DNA of 41,043 nucleotides from a virus (Duplodnaviria; Heunggongvirae; Uroviricota; Caudoviricetes): IMG/VR virus record IMGVR_UViG_2563366998_000006; one strand, 5' to 3'. Shown piece by piece: positions 38,281 to 41,043 of this stretch (position 1 is its first letter; each line of letters starts with the position of its first letter). The notes under the pieces were generated by a model. It saw only the letters and a program-made list of their open reading frames with translations, ran no database searches and was not told where the DNA came from. The position numbers and the translations under genes were made by a program.

Positions 38281-39768
38281 TCACTGACAAATGTTTTTGT
38301 CAAAATCAACTACAATAATATCATCATATGAGTATAAGTTATATTCATATGCTCTTTTAATCTTTGCGGTTGAGCAAAAGGTTTTTTCATTTAACACACT
38401 TGCAATGTTTGTATTCCCAGGGTGTTTAAAGTAAACTCCAACTCTATTCATATAAGGGAATGGCCAATCCCAATTATAGAAATACTCTGGGAAAAATCTA
38501 GATATTAACGGGTAATTATTTCGTGCGTTTACAAAAACATCATTGTCTTTCTTTTTACCATTAAAAATAAGTATCTGATTTGTTTTTCCGCTTAACTCGA
38601 AAGCATCATTTTTAATCTGATGAAACAGAACTGTGGTTATGTTTTTTTCTTCTGTCATTGCATTTGTGTATGAACATAAAAAACCAAAAACATAAATCAG
38701 AGGAATTACAAGTATATATGTTATTGAATTTTTTGTTTCTCGCGAGAAAAGATAAACAATCATGAATAAGAACAACATCGTAGCAGAAAAACCGATCATC
38801 ACTCTTGGGGCGTCGATGTGATGCTGAAGTGGTAATAGAGTAGCAAAAGACAATATCAAAGCTGTTACTGGTGATGTTATTGTAATTAAAAAATTAATAA
38901 TACCAGTAATACTTTTATTAGGTATTGATTTCTTTAGCGCGATGAATGTCGTCATTGCAATGAAAAATAAAAATATTACTATAAACGCAACTCGTCCTGA
39001 TTCCCCAAAAATACCACTAGATATTGAATGAAGATAAAATTTTAAGTTTTCATATATAACTGAAAAAATGCCTTCAGTTTTAATTGATGGGTGATCCGGG
39101 TCCCCAACAACAGTTAAAAATAAAGGAATAACCACCAAAAAATATAATGCAACACCTATAACTAATGATACCGTCTTTTCTATGAGGTAAGTTAATAGAT
39201 GTCTGTTACTATCTGAGTTAAAGTACATGTAAACATATTTACACAGAATAATAACCAGCATGAAATTTAATGATGCTTGGTATATAGACAATATAAATAA
39301 TGTTAACAGGGCGGCAAAAGAAATATTTAAAATTGTCTTTTTGAAATTAAATATTACAACTGAGAATGACAATGCAATACTTATGAACATCGGTAAAACA
39401 TCAAAGCGATACATTGCATTTTCAATTAAAAATGGGCTTGATAAAATACCAAGAGGAACCAACAGTCCAATAAATTTATTATCTGTCGATATAAACATCC
39501 TGCTAAAAAAATACAGGCAAACAGATATCAAAAATACTGATAATATTGCAGGAAATGGGAATAAGTCCGTTATGTGCATGTTGAAATTCAATGCAATCAT
39601 CAACATTTCAGCCAAAGGTCTACCATCCCTAGCCCATCCAGTATACCCCCATATAGCTCTTCCCTGATCATCTACATAATGAATATTTGCCATGATGATG
39701 GGGGTGAAATATATAAAAACAGATATCAAGAACCAATGGAAAGGTGTTTTGTTTTTATTTGCAATCAT
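38281..39768 (-). CDS. Serotype-specific O-antigen glucosyltransferase (GtrC-type polytopic membrane protein)
   Basis: 495 aa, many TM segments, strongly AT-rich; positioned after gtrA-gtrB. Confidence 0.7.
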   Translation of the reverse strand: MIANKNKTPFHWFLISVFIYFTPIIMANIHYVDDQGRAIWGYTGWARDGRPLAEMLMIALNFNMHITDLFPFPAILSVFLISVCLYFFSRMFISTDNKFIGLLVPLGILSSPFLIENAMYRFDVLPMFISIALSFSVVIFNFKKTILNISFAALLTLFILSIYQASLNFMLVIILCKYVYMYFNSDSNRHLLTYLIEKTVSLVIGVALYFLVVIPLFLTVVGDPDHPSIKTEGIFSVIYENLKFYLHSISSGIFGESGRVAFIVIFLFFIAMTTFIALKKSIPNKSITGIINFLITITSPVTALILSFATLLPLQHHIDAPRVMIGFSATMLFLFMIVYLFSRETKNSITYILVIPLIYVFGFLCSYTNAMTEEKNITTVLFHQIKNDAFELSGKTNQILIFNGKKKDNDVFVNARNNYPLISRFFPEYFYNWDWPFPYMNRVGVYFKHPGNTNIASVLNEKTFCSTAKIKRAYEYNLYSYDDIIVVDFDKNICQ

Positions 39769-40684
39769 TTTTCTGATCCTTTAAAACATATCTTGGGCGC
39801 TGCTTAACTTCAATATAAATACGTCCTATGTACTCTCCAAGTACACCAATACCAATTAGTTGTACGCCGCCAAGAAACAATATTGATACAAGAATTGAAG
39901 GGTATCCAGGTACATTATTACCAAAAATTAATTTATCAATTATCATCCATGAACCGTATGTAAATGATATACATGCAATAAATAACCCAATATAGGTCCA
40001 CATGCGAAGCGGGAATGTTGAGAAGCTAGTGATCCCTTCCAGCGCCAAGTTCCATAGCTTCCATCCATTGAACTTTGTGCTTCCTGCAACGCGTTCTGCT
40101 CGCGCATATTCTACGACATCGGTTCGACCACCAACCCAGCTCAGCACACCCTTCATAAACAGGTTTCGTTCTGGCATGAGCTTAATATTTTCTACTACTT
40201 CGCGAGACATGAGCCGGAAGTCGCCAACATTCTCTTCTATCTGAGGGTTGCTGATTTTGTTATGAAGTTTATAGAACCACTCAGCAGATTTACGCTTCAG
40301 CCTGCTGTCAGTGGAGCGGTCAGAGCGTTTAGCCAGAACCATATCTGCACCGGCCTGCCATTTCTCTATCAAGTGAGGAATAACTTCGATAGGGTCTTGC
40401 AGATCAACGTCAATCGGGATAATTGCCTCCCCGGTAGCATGGTCCAGACCTGCGAACAGGGCGGGTTCTTTGCCGAAGTTACGTGTGAACGACAGCGAAA
40501 CCACAAGCGGGTCGGCAACAGCAAGCTCGTTGATAATTGATTCTGTAGCGTCTTTGCTGCCATCGTTTATGAAGACTATCTCGACTTCATGCTGCTGAAG
40601 CCCTTCAAATTCGCGCACGGTTTTATAAAAAATAGGTATCGTGGCCTCTTCGTTAAAGACCGGAACGACTAAAGAAATTTTCAT
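39755..40684 (-). CDS. gtrB: Bactoprenol glucosyltransferase GtrB
   Basis: 309 aa; [13 protein letters not shown]...FINDGSKD...DVDLQDP family-2 glycosyltransferase motifs and two C-terminal TM helices. Confidence 0.9.
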   Translation of the reverse strand: MKISLVVPVFNEEATIPIFYKTVREFEGLQQHEVEIVFINDGSKDATESIINELAVADPLVVSLSFTRNFGKEPALFAGLDHATGEAIIPIDVDLQDPIEVIPHLIEKWQAGADMVLAKRSDRSTDSRLKRKSAEWFYKLHNKISNPQIEENVGDFRLMSREVVENIKLMPERNLFMKGVLSWVGGRTDVVEYARAERVAGSTKFNGWKLWNLALEGITSFSTFPLRMWTYIGLFIACISFTYGSWMIIDKLIFGNNVPGYPSILVSILFLGGVQLIGIGVLGEYIGRIYIEVKQRPRYVLKDQKNDCK

Positions 40685-41043
40685 TTCGCATCCCTAAAGA
40701 CAATGAACTTTGAATAGACGAAACCGCACACCAGGCTGATGGCGGAGAAGGTGACAAGAGTTATCATCGGGGGAAGTGCGCATCTATCAGCAGCCCATCC
40801 AACAGTAGCACTCAGTGTTCCCATGAACCCGACATATAACATGTAGCGCATCGTTGTAGTTGATGCTTTGAATGTGAATTTTGCATTCGCGAAGAAGCTA
40901 AAACTCACAGCCACAACGAAACCTGCGAAGTTTGCCAGAGCCTGATTGGTATGCGCGGCATAGATACATACACCAAAAACCACCCAGTGTATAAGTGTGT
41001 TCAGCACACCAATCGAGGTGTACCTTGCAAATATATTTAACAT
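40681..41043 (-). CDS. gtrA: Bactoprenol-glucose flippase GtrA
   Basis: 120 aa with four hydrophobic segments; start codon is the last three bases of the window. Confidence 0.85.
   Translation of the reverse strand: MLNIFARYTSIGVLNTLIHWVVFGVCIYAAHTNQALANFAGFVVAVSFSFFANAKFTFKASTTTMRYMLYVGFMGTLSATVGWAADRCALPPMITLVTFSAISLVCGFVYSKFIVFRDAK

Noticed and set aside
38060-38290. 76-aa minus-strand ORF
   Set aside because: No RBS and an implausible composition; it overlaps the Tfa-remnant region in a different frame

Overview
The window covers the chromosomal attB-lambda locus: host gene ybhC (1-1284, minus strand), a lambda-type attL core (1331-1345), then about 39.7 kb of an integrated mosaic lambdoid prophage that runs off the right edge. 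Order: lambda-identical int/xis and an early-left operon (minus strand); cI/cro immunity switch with 15-bp TTGCG...GCAA operators; a replication/nin-like module ending in a QuuD-type Q antiterminator; an AT-rich two-gene cargo operon on the opposite strand, split by a complete 1195-bp IS5 with a CTAA target duplication; lambda-like lysis genes; HNH/TerS/TerL; HK97-type head genes; a Mu-like contractile tail and baseplate module; tail fibre and assembly protein; and a gtrA-gtrB-gtrC O-antigen glucosylation cassette at the right end. The strongest candidate for an undescribed system is the IS5-disrupted cargo operon between Q and the holin: a zinc-ribbon plus NdpA/YejK-like protein followed by a protein with two C-terminal membrane helices, which I cannot assign to any named system. 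All functional calls come from reading the supplied translations and recalled family motifs; no database search or folding computation was run, so family names are hypotheses.
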